From IMG/VR virus record IMGVR_UViG_3300024259_001623: DNA of 64,000 nt; one strand, 5' to 3'. The stretch's first letter is position 1. Each line of letters starts with the position of its first letter. The DNA comes from a virus. Its lineage: Duplodnaviria > Caudoviricetes. The notes under the pieces are model-generated. The model had not been told where the DNA came from and did no database searches. It saw only the letters and a list, made by a program, of their open reading frames with translations. Shown here in pieces: positions 9,122 through 17,153 of the stretch. A program made the position numbers and the translations under genes.

Positions 9122-11878
9122 TTATTCTTCTTGTAATTCTTTGATATTAAACTGAGGTTCAGTCTTGTAAATTCTTTTACGAGTATCAGAATGCTTTGTA
9201 AGATATTCACAGTGGTCCTTGAAATCTATAACCAGAGCAGATTCCTTTTTGTAATCGCCGCTCGTAAATGGCCTGAGAACTCGCCCAACCCTCTGTAAGG
9301 CCCTCGTTTTGCTTTTACCACCGCCAGCTAGTATTAACGTGTCTAGGGGCCTACAATCGACTCCTTCATCGAATATAGAGGTAGCTATAGTTATCGCAGC
9401 ATCCCTATCTCTATTTCTCATCTTAGATAGATGGGCTTTTCGCTGCTTCCCAGAATGGACTCCATGCAAAAATGTACTTCCATCTATCATTTCACTTAAT
9501 AAATTACCATGATTAACTTGCTGGCATAATATCAAAATATTTTTACCATTTTCTTCAAAAGATTTAGCCATATTGGCAATATATTCATTTCTAACAGAAT
9601 TTTCTACTATTCCCTGTTTATAATAAGACTGGTAATTAAACAACTTACCAGGCATCCCTTTTCTAATAGGAACAAAATAAATATCGGGCTTGACGAGATA
9701 ACCTCTTTCGATCAAAAAAGAAGCTGATACATTTGCTATTTCTCTTCCGAAACAGGCATCGATTAATATATCATCTCCCTTGTCTCGCATAGGAGTCGCT
9801 GACATACCATACCTATATCTTGCATTACTAGAATAATCAGATATAACTTGACATGTATCTGATGCCCAATGCTGACAATTATGAACTAAAATATCATTAG
9901 CAAAAAAACAATGAGTGTCTTCAACTGTTATGTCATAAACATTATCTGATCCGCAATCTTCGATACTACTTATGCCAACGTAATTTGTATTCCATGTGTT
10001 TAGAGATGTGGTCTTTAACAACTCCGTAGATATTTCCTCTTGCTTCTTTCGATATATACAAGACATAATATTTTTTTTTGTATTTATGGATTGTTGATTT
10101 TCCATATTTGGCATTAAACCAATCAGCGCACAATTCGACTTCTGGTAAAGAAAATCCTTCTGTATGTAATCGTAGGCTATTATGAGTTGCTGAACCATCA
10201 TCTCCGATCCACCAAGCCAAGCCAACAGGTCCGATGAGATCAAGCCACTCTTTATTGACTCGTTTTTTACCATCTTTATATACAATCTTATAAATTCCAG
10301 AAAAACATGACGAACAAGGTGTATAACAAGAAATTGTGGTATCTCCATACCCGCCATTCGGGGATATATAATATTTAGGAGATAATCTGTCAAGAAAATC
10401 TGCCTTATACTTTGCCCAACCTTCTTGACATAACCCATGATTGTACACCAATCTTGGAGTTTTACTTCTTTGTGAAGGAAATGATAAACAAGAATCTCCC
10501 AAAAGTGTGCCAAAAATTGCTTGTGATTCTTTTTTAAGTAATGACAATCCCCACAAGTTATTCCTTTTATCATGTCCATAAATGTATTTTCTGTATTTTT
10601 TTGCCCCTTTATTTTTAATAAATGATTCCAATGATGTATATTTTGGCCGCACTTTTCCTCCGCAGCCGCATTTACATTTCGGAGCATTCTCGACAAACTC
10701 TTGGAAAACTTTTTTCCAATCCTCATTAGATCTTTTTCTGATTTGATGACCGAGGATATACTTTGGGTATCTACTCGGGCTTCGACCAAAGACTTCAATT
10801 TTTCCTCCGCAACCACATCTGCACATGACAAAATCTTGTCTGTTTTTTTTATGTCTCCTGCTTGAACCCATCCTTTCTGCGTTTTTATTAAATGATTTTT
10901 TGTACATTTTATATATCTACCTGAATCTAATACTATTTTAATAATAGAGTGTCTACCCTTATACATAAAATTAGTTATTTTCTTCCATACAACACTAGTT
11001 CCATCAAAACTAAGTATATCCTCTCCAATAAAATTAGAAAGTTCTGACATTTTTTTTCTACCACTTCTTGTGACAACTATAGAATCACCAGTTATGCATT
11101 CATCAGCAATGAATCCCTTTGAAGACATAATAATATCTAAAATGTCTTTACGCCTTTCAGATAAAATATTCTTCTCTGCTTTACTAATTTTCTTTGTTTT
11201 ATCTTCTTCGTCAAATCTGACGTATTTTTTACCACAAGCCAAAACAGCAGTTTGGATTGTCATAATAGTTATATCTTGAACATCAAATTTTCCACCACCG
11301 ACTATACCAACCTTAATAGGAATATTATTATAACGCAAAAACTTTTCAAACTCTTCTTTTGTTTGAGTTAAAAGATCTACAGATGGCACATAAAAAATAA
11401 ATGGAGATATTCCTAGTTCTGCAATAAGACCAGCAGCAATAGAAGTTTTTCCACCACCAGTGGCTACTTTGATAATGCCCCTTTGCATTTTAGAAGCTTG
11501 ATGTATAATAGTCTGCTGATAGTCTCTTGTTTCAAAATCATTAGACATATTCAATGATATATTTTTTGCTACAGGTTCTCTCTCATCGAATATGTCAAAT
11601 GGAACAGAATTTTTTACAAAATGATCTCTAGCTTTATTAAAAAGACCAGTTGGGAAATGCGTTCCATCCTTTTTTATTGCACATTTACAATATTTTTTGC
11701 AATAACAAAGGGTAGACTCTATGCCGTCCCATTTTGCATCGGAGCCTCTGACTTGAAAAATGGCCCCTTCTGGACGGTATCCTAAAAGTTTTCTCAAACC
11801 CTGATAAACATCAGAATCTAATCTTCCCTGAATATAAGTCTTTGTATTGGTTACTAATAATTTTATTTTATTTTTCAT
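9122..11878 (-). CDS. SF2 DExH helicase (UvsW/XPB-like), intein-containing; about 511 aa after splicing
   Basis: RDYQ, ATGGGKT, ADE[intein]CQH, GMSATPMR, IFDEGVD, QRVGRVLR. Confidence 0.92.
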   Translation of the reverse strand: MKNKIKLLVTNTKTYIQGRLDSDVYQGLRKLLGYRPEGAIFQVRGSDAKWDGIESTLCYCKKYCKCAIKKDGTHFPTGLFNKARDHFVKNSVPFDIFDEREPVAKNISLNMSNDFETRDYQQTIIHQASKMQRGIIKVATGGGKTSIAAGLIAELGISPFIFYVPSVDLLTQTKEEFEKFLRYNNIPIKVGIVGGGKFDVQDITIMTIQTAVLACGKKYVRFDEEDKTKKISKAEKNILSERRKDILDIIMSSKGFIADECITGDSIVVTRSGRKKMSELSNFIGEDILSFDGTSVVWKKITNFMYKGRHSIIKIVLDSGRYIKCTKNHLIKTQKGWVQAGDIKKTDKILSCADVVAEEKLKSLVEARVDTQSISSVIKSEKDLMRIGKKFSKSLSRMLRNVNAAAEEKCGQNIHHWNHLLKIKGQKNTENTFMDMIKGITCGDCHYLKKNHKQFLAHFWEILVYHFLHKEVKLQDWCTIMGYVKKVGQSIRQIFLTDYLLNIIYPRMAGMEIPQFLVIHLVRHVFLEFIRLYIKMVKNESIKSGLISSDLLAWLGGSEMMVQQLIIAYDYIQKDFLYQKSNCALIGLMPNMENQQSINTKKNIMSCIYRKKQEEISTELLKTTSLNTWNTNYVGISSIEDCGSDNVYDITVEDTHCFFANDILVHNCQHWASDTCQVISDYSSNARYRYGMSATPMRDKGDDILIDACFGREIANVSASFLIERGYLVKPDIYFVPIRKGMPGKLFNYQSYYKQGIVENSVRNEYIANMAKSFEENGKNILILCQQVNHGNLLSEMIDGSTFLHGVHSGKQRKAHLSKMRNRDRDAAITIATSIFDEGVDCRPLDTLILAGGGKSKTRALQRVGRVLRPFTSGDYKKESALVIDFKDHCEYLTKHSDTRKRIYKTEPQFNIKELQEE
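9878..11098 (-). mobile_element. Intein (407 aa) in helicase Walker B, with an out-of-frame homing endonuclease
   Basis: Begins CITGDSIVVT (TGC 11096-11098), block B KCTKNHLI, ends VYDITVEDTHCFFANDILVHN with +1 Cys; removal restores DECQH. Confidence 0.93.
9966..10907 (-). CDS. LAGLIDADG_2-type homing endonuclease overprinted in the -1 frame inside the helicase intein
   Basis: Two CxCGCGG motifs, AIFGTLLGDSCL, GLAWWIGDDGS, LRLHTEGFS; offset 971 nt (mod 3 = 2) from the helicase start. Real start may be ATG 10826 (MCRCGCGG). Confidence 0.88.
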   Translation of the reverse strand: MYKKSFNKNAERMGSSRRHKKNRQDFVMCRCGCGGKIEVFGRSPSRYPKYILGHQIRKRSNEDWKKVFQEFVENAPKCKCGCGGKVRPKYTSLESFIKNKGAKKYRKYIYGHDKRNNLWGLSLLKKESQAIFGTLLGDSCLSFPSQRSKTPRLVYNHGLCQEGWAKYKADFLDRLSPKYYISPNGGYGDTTISCYTPCSSCFSGIYKIVYKDGKKRVNKEWLDLIGPVGLAWWIGDDGSATHNSLRLHTEGFSLPEVELCADWFNAKYGKSTIHKYKKKYYVLYISKEARGNIYGVVKDHISKHMEYKLRWHK

Positions 11879-12078
11879 AAACTAGCTTTTGGTATTTCTT
11901 CTTTAACTTTTCTTAGTTTCTTCTTTTGTTTCCACATTTTTTTGATAGCAGATGCAGTATCGCTATTATCTGGATCATTAAAAATAGTGACCCCTTGCTC
12001 ATTATTATCTCTATTGACGAATCCTGGTTGATCTCCAACATCACCTGGAGTCCCCCTATTCGTTTGGTTAAAAGACAT
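11875..12078 (-). CDS. Small hypothetical protein
   Basis: Start probably ATG 12078 (13 nt after the upstream stop); its stop overlaps the helicase ATG. Confidence 0.6.
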   Translation of the reverse strand: MSFNQTNRGTPGDVGDQPGFVNRDNNEQGVTIFNDPDNSDTASAIKKMWKQKKKLRKVKEEIPKASL

Positions 12079-12091
12079 TTTTATAAAACTA

Positions 12092-12325
12092 TCAGTCCGC
12101 AGTACTTTCATTAACTTTTGAATCCCCGTATTTAACCATTTTTTCACTAGATGAATTCTTTTCTTCTGTTTCTTCTAACATTGACGCAAGATACCCTAGT
12201 TTTTGGTATACGCCAAGAATCTTATTATAAGCTAGGGTCACTTTGCCATTATTCATTAAATTCATAGCACCTTTAACTTTGATCATTGTTTTTATGAGTT
12301 GTTCTCTTACGATTTTTTCTTCCAT
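12092..12325 (-). CDS. Hypothetical protein
   Basis: 77 aa, strong AAAGGAG SD, operonic packing. Confidence 0.75.
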   Translation of the reverse strand: MEEKIVREQLIKTMIKVKGAMNLMNNGKVTLAYNKILGVYQKLGYLASMLEETEEKNSSSEKMVKYGDSKVNESTAD

Positions 12326-12338
12326 TTTTCATCTCCTT

Positions 12339-13430
12339 TTACCAAACTCTATCGGAACTAAGGTTTTTTTCTATTAGCTTAATATCTTCAGGCTTAGTCT
12401 CTTCAGATCTAACTCTTAATAAAGCTTCATATGTAAGACCTTCTCTTCCTTTTTCTTTTCTTTTCTTTTCGATTTTATCCCATAAAGCCTTATGAATAGG
12501 CTCCAATGCTGTATACGTACTCCAATCAGACCCTCTAACAGGCTCAAGTAGCCTTTCTATAACGCCCAAGAACCACCATGTTGAATTTAATCCATCTGAA
12601 AAAGCAGACGAATTGCCCAATTGTTCGCGTTGTGCCGTTTTTGTGTCAGATATCGTTTTTTCAATATCATTACTAATTCCAGCTATGTATTCCAATATAA
12701 CCACAAAATCTTCATATTCTTCATCTTTATCATTGAAACATAACTTAGCTGCTCCAAGCAACTTTTCTCTAGCATTAGATTCTAAAACCGATTTCAAAAC
12801 ATCTTTACAATTCAGACCATGAATCTCAATACCACTTTTGACTAAACAAGCCATTTTACAAGGCTTATATGACACATCTGCATTCAAAAATATAACTTGA
12901 TCTTCCCTATAAATATCATCATTAGAATCATCAATCACATCATCAACAACTAAAGAGGTATCTACATAGGGAGAATTATATAATACAATTTCATAATTAG
13001 TGAAAGTGATATCATTTAAAGGACAAATTATATCATTCAAAATTATCCATAACATCGGATACTGATATATTCTCTGTATAACAGGCTTTTCCAATTTTTC
13101 TAGAACAACATCACTTCCATATAGAACATTTCTCAAAAAATTAGCTATAGAAACCAAAACTTCTACCTTTTGGTTATCATTTACGAAAACTTCTGTTCCA
13201 CAAATCAAATTAAAATTATTTAAATAGACACTTACGATATTATATACAGATTCAGGCATATTTTCAGTCTTTTTGCAAATAATTTTTCCGTCCTCAAATT
13301 TAGATTCTTCCATGTTTAAATCTGTTTGATTGCAGAATCGAACTTCTAAATCTACAAAAGGACATTCAACGGCGTTACATGCTGCCTGTAATATACTTGT
13401 AGCTAAACTAAAATCACTTACTTTATACAT
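12339..13430 (-). CDS. Hypothetical protein
   Basis: 363-aa ORF, start overlaps upstream stop (TAATG); contains KTAQ near the C-terminal quarter. Confidence 0.8.
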   Translation of the reverse strand: MYKVSDFSLATSILQAACNAVECPFVDLEVRFCNQTDLNMEESKFEDGKIICKKTENMPESVYNIVSVYLNNFNLICGTEVFVNDNQKVEVLVSIANFLRNVLYGSDVVLEKLEKPVIQRIYQYPMLWIILNDIICPLNDITFTNYEIVLYNSPYVDTSLVVDDVIDDSNDDIYREDQVIFLNADVSYKPCKMACLVKSGIEIHGLNCKDVLKSVLESNAREKLLGAAKLCFNDKDEEYEDFVVILEYIAGISNDIEKTISDTKTAQREQLGNSSAFSDGLNSTWWFLGVIERLLEPVRGSDWSTYTALEPIHKALWDKIEKKRKEKGREGLTYEALLRVRSEETKPEDIKLIEKNLSSDRVW

Positions 13431-13906
13431 TATGATTCTCTTTTACCCCTATTTTGTAAATATTCTTTTCTGCCATCTCTTTTATATTGCTCTATTGTTT
13501 CTGTAGAAAAACCCATAGCAGTCAATAAATCATCACCAGAAGAACATTTTTTCAAGAAATCTTTCATTTCTAGGACTTCTGCGTCTTGTATTTTACTTTT
13601 TGTAGCTTTTTTATTTGCCCTGCCAGTTTTTTTACTAGTTTTGTCATTCCTTTCTCCATCAGGACCAGTATATTCATCTAACATACTCATAACAAAATCT
13701 TCAACTGTCATAAAATCTAATTCGACAAATACTCTATTTTCGCATTTTTCGCAATCATATTCAAAAAAGAATACACTTTTATCTTTATATTTTGTACTCA
13801 TTCTAATACCTACACCTACTACTCTATCCCTTACCATAGTAACGGTACAATGAGGACAACTATACTTTTCTATACTTTGTTTAAGCCAATCTGGGATTTC
13901 TACCAT
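13430..13906 (-). CDS. Zinc-ribbon hypothetical protein
   Basis: CPHC...CEKC; start probably ATG 13906 (GGAG SD). Confidence 0.75.
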   Translation of the reverse strand: MVEIPDWLKQSIEKYSCPHCTVTMVRDRVVGVGIRMSTKYKDKSVFFFEYDCEKCENRVFVELDFMTVEDFVMSMLDEYTGPDGERNDKTSKKTGRANKKATKSKIQDAEVLEMKDFLKKCSSGDDLLTAMGFSTETIEQYKRDGRKEYLQNRGKRES

Positions 13907-13956
13907 AATAATCTCCAATATATAAATACTAATTAATAATAAAAAATCCTTGGCGA

Positions 13957-15168
13957 TTATCTATCATGATCAAGATCTAAATTGTACGACCAAGTTATAC
14001 CTCTATTATCGTGTATACCGAAGATTTTCTGTTCTGCCTTAGAGCTACTCTGTAAATTCTTCAAAGCATATATGTCTGGACCAACAAAAGACCCATTTAT
14101 CAACAATCTACCATGATTAGTAGTTAATTCAGCAGCAGCATGGAAATGTGCAGATAATGTATAATCAGGGATAGTCTTGATAATACCGATCATCTTTTGC
14201 TCATAATTTTGCAAACCCTTGACAGGTAACACTCCACCTTTAACATCTTCGCCATGAACAACCAAGAAATTATGATTTCTAATATTTGCTAATATCCACC
14301 AAGTCTTAGGAACAACGAACTTAACTCTAGGATTATCTTTAAAACGAGCTTCTAAGAACTTATAACACAAGAAGTCCCAATTAACGTATTCTTTTTCATA
14401 GCCGATAGCTGCTGCTCTACCATGATTACCCATAACTCCATAAAAAGTTATTTCATCGAATAACCCCAACCAATAGTAAATGACATCAGAAAAAGCTTCA
14501 AAGCCTTCTATCATCTGATCATAAATAGGCATATTAATGTATACTGGCGACCAATTACCTGCTCTATTCATGCCAGCAACAATATCTCCAAGAGAGAAAA
14601 TATGCAATTTATCTATTTTATACAACTGAGAATGCAATTCGACTATTTCTTCAGTAGCCTTTTTGACATTATTGATCCGAGTCTTGAATACATCTACATT
14701 ATACTCGCTCAAGCCTCCAGTCTCTTCTAGAGTATGATGGTGACCAATATGCATATCGCTTAACATAAGCCCTACATCTTCTCCACCAGAACTATGCTTT
14801 TTCGATCTTACTGTTCTTTTGTATACTGGTTTCTTAACTCTTGGCAAAGCGTCTACTGCCAAAGCAATTTTATCAGCAATAATTTCAGTCTTAAATTTTT
14901 GACTTTTCATTTGCGTTTCGTGTGTCTTAACCAATCTCTTCAAATATTGCTGCTTGAGATTATTCTTCATTCTGTCTTTCAAGGAATCGAAGAACTCTGT
15001 GTTACTCCATACTGTTGTCTGATACTTTTTCTCACAAGCCCTTACTGTTCTCTTCAATTCAGTGGCTATGATCTTATATGGAATTCCATCTTCCCTAGCG
15101 GCATACAAATAACCCATCTCGTCTTGTGTCCATGCTCTGCTAAGAATGTTATCTTTCTTTTTTGACAT
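13957..15168 (-). CDS. Calcineurin-like metallophosphoesterase with N-terminal Myb/HTH-like region
   Basis: SDMHIG, LGD, GNHG, VHG, AHFH; N-terminal WTQDEMGYL...IATELKRTVRACEKKY. Confidence 0.85.
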   Translation of the reverse strand: MSKKKDNILSRAWTQDEMGYLYAAREDGIPYKIIATELKRTVRACEKKYQTTVWSNTEFFDSLKDRMKNNLKQQYLKRLVKTHETQMKSQKFKTEIIADKIALAVDALPRVKKPVYKRTVRSKKHSSGGEDVGLMLSDMHIGHHHTLEETGGLSEYNVDVFKTRINNVKKATEEIVELHSQLYKIDKLHIFSLGDIVAGMNRAGNWSPVYINMPIYDQMIEGFEAFSDVIYYWLGLFDEITFYGVMGNHGRAAAIGYEKEYVNWDFLCYKFLEARFKDNPRVKFVVPKTWWILANIRNHNFLVVHGEDVKGGVLPVKGLQNYEQKMIGIIKTIPDYTLSAHFHAAAELTTNHGRLLINGSFVGPDIYALKNLQSSSKAEQKIFGIHDNRGITWSYNLDLDHDR

Positions 15169-15170
15169 AA

Positions 15171-16286
15171 TTAATTTCCTTTTGAAAAAATTCTATTATA
15201 CTTATTTAATACAGAATCGAAGCAAAAACTTTCTTGAATCATTTTTCTTCCTTTTATACCCAATTCTTTTTTCAACTCTTCATCAAAAATAATTTTTTTA
15301 ATACTATTGCTAAAATCATTTTCTACTTTCTTAGTATATACGATATTGTCATCAGCATCCTTGTTTTCTGCTTTAATACATATACCTCCTTCAAGGTCTG
15401 GAGTATTGCCTACATTCAAAGAAACCCAAGGCAATCCCGCATTCATAGATTCTAAAACGACCAACGGAGCAACTTCTTTTTTAGAGGGAAAAACGAAAAC
15501 ATCAGAATCTAAAAAAGCTCCCACAGTATGCTCTCTTGGGATGTCACAAAGAACTTTATACTTGAACGGAACGTTTTTCAGCTTCATGACAAATTGATTT
15601 TTTATAACTTGAGAAAATGCAAAACCTTTCAGAGATGAGATAAATATCGCTGTAAAATCTTTGAACTCCGAATAGATATTATTTAATATAGGAATAATAT
15701 TGTCCTGGCCCTTACCTGGGAAAAAATTAGAAACACATAATAATATTTTACTTGTTTCTATATTATAAAATTTTCTAAAATCAAACTTACAATTCTCAAA
15801 CTCTGAGTCGTCTACGCTATTAGGTATTACTGTAAAAGGTATTTTATACCTCTTGCACATTAAAGAATCTTGATATTTTTCTGAATGAGTTATAACATTA
15901 AATGATTCAGTTTTGGACAAAAAGGAATTGAACAATGATCTGTTTCTGATCATATTATTCATTCCAACTAGCGCAATACTCTTACCGCAATCCAAACTAT
16001 TAGAAAATTTTACTACTTCCTTCCAATATGAAAACAAGTCTCCATAAACAAATAAATGATCAGGAGATTGTGTTTGCACCTGATTTATAAATCCTCTGCC
16101 AGAAGGACTTAAAGGTATGATCTTAACCCCGTTATGGATTAACTCTTTTTTCTTAACAGATTTGCTTAGGACAACACATTCATGACCGTACTGATTATGT
16201 AATCCTTCCGAAACTTGTTGTACTACCTTTTCTGATCCGCCGACATTTGGATAAGAATTATTTACTGCGAAAAATATTTTCGACAT
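15171..16286 (-). CDS. Glycosyltransferase, GT4 (GT-B) family
   Basis: GGSEKVV, IPNSVD, KGQD, DVFVFPSKKEVAPLVVLESMNAGLPWV. Confidence 0.92.
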   Translation of the reverse strand: MSKIFFAVNNSYPNVGGSEKVVQQVSEGLHNQYGHECVVLSKSVKKKELIHNGVKIIPLSPSGRGFINQVQTQSPDHLFVYGDLFSYWKEVVKFSNSLDCGKSIALVGMNNMIRNRSLFNSFLSKTESFNVITHSEKYQDSLMCKRYKIPFTVIPNSVDDSEFENCKFDFRKFYNIETSKILLCVSNFFPGKGQDNIIPILNNIYSEFKDFTAIFISSLKGFAFSQVIKNQFVMKLKNVPFKYKVLCDIPREHTVGAFLDSDVFVFPSKKEVAPLVVLESMNAGLPWVSLNVGNTPDLEGGICIKAENKDADDNIVYTKKVENDFSNSIKKIIFDEELKKELGIKGRKMIQESFCFDSVLNKYNRIFSKGN

Positions 16287-16287
16287 A

Positions 16288-17115
16288 TTACCTCTCTTGT
16301 AAAGAACTAAATACTTCTAAGTGCTTCTGCCTCATCACTGGTAACCTTTTCCCTTTCCACTTTTCCCGAAATTTAAAAAGACTACTTAATAATATTTTAT
16401 GTTTTTTATTCGAATCTATCTGGCCGAGTGTTCTATGAGGCATGTGAACTATTTTTGCCTTAATATTCCATCCTATCTTAAAACCACTTTCCACAGATCT
16501 TAAACAAAAATCTGGATCTTCAAAATATGCTGGACTAAATCTTGTATCGAACATCCCAATCTCGTCAGTAACTTCTCTCTTTATAACCATTCCTCCACAA
16601 CCTACATAATGGAAAAATTGATTGAGTCTTTTGATATGTAATACTGGCATAAAAGAATCACTTAACTGCCAAGCCTCTACCCCAACAAGATCATATCCCT
16701 GGTCTAAAACAGCTAAATGATGTTCTAGCCAACCTTCACCTACAAATTGGTCATTATCCAAAAACATTAATTTTTCGCATGGAGGCTCTTCGCCATTAAT
16801 GAAATTACTAACATCAAAACCTAAATTTCTTCCCTCTATGACTCCAAGATTTGTGTTGGATAATATCAGAACTCCATTTTCAACTACTTCATCAAAAGTT
16901 TTTTGCAAAAACTTCCGAGTCCCATCAGAAGAACCATTATCAACCCAAATTAATCTAACATTATCATGGGGGGTATTCAAAAGGAAAAACTTCAAAAAAT
17001 CTTTGCTTGTTTCCAGCCCGTTAAAAGATAAAACTATCACATCTAATGAACAAGATGAAAAATCTTCTTTAGTCTTCCAAATCTCACAATTTTTATAGTC
17101 TGTTTCTCGTATCAT
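16288..17115 (-). CDS. Glycosyltransferase, GT2 (GT-A) family
   Basis: VIVLSFN, WVDNGSSDGT, NLG...GRNLG, FLDND, GMFDTRFSPAYFEDPDFC. Confidence 0.93.
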   Translation of the reverse strand: MIRETDYKNCEIWKTKEDFSSCSLDVIVLSFNGLETSKDFLKFFLLNTPHDNVRLIWVDNGSSDGTRKFLQKTFDEVVENGVLILSNTNLGVIEGRNLGFDVSNFINGEEPPCEKLMFLDNDQFVGEGWLEHHLAVLDQGYDLVGVEAWQLSDSFMPVLHIKRLNQFFHYVGCGGMVIKREVTDEIGMFDTRFSPAYFEDPDFCLRSVESGFKIGWNIKAKIVHMPHRTLGQIDSNKKHKILLSSLFKFREKWKGKRLPVMRQKHLEVFSSLQER

Positions 17116-17130
17116 GTTCTATATCATATT

Positions 17131-17139
17131 ATTATATCA
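17131..17139 (-). promoter_or_regulatory. Possible extended -10 promoter element TGATATAAT upstream of the GT2 gene
   Basis: Exact TGnTATAAT 15 nt upstream of ATG 17115; AT-rich context makes chance matches plausible. Confidence 0.35.
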
Positions 17140-17153
17140 TTCACTTTGTAACA

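Noticed and set aside
9966-10907. Sequencing/assembly frameshift as the cause of the out-of-frame nuclease
   Set aside because: Compensating indel errors would leave the helicase frame full of stops across the nuclease; it is open for the whole 918 codons. Read-level confirmation is still advisable.
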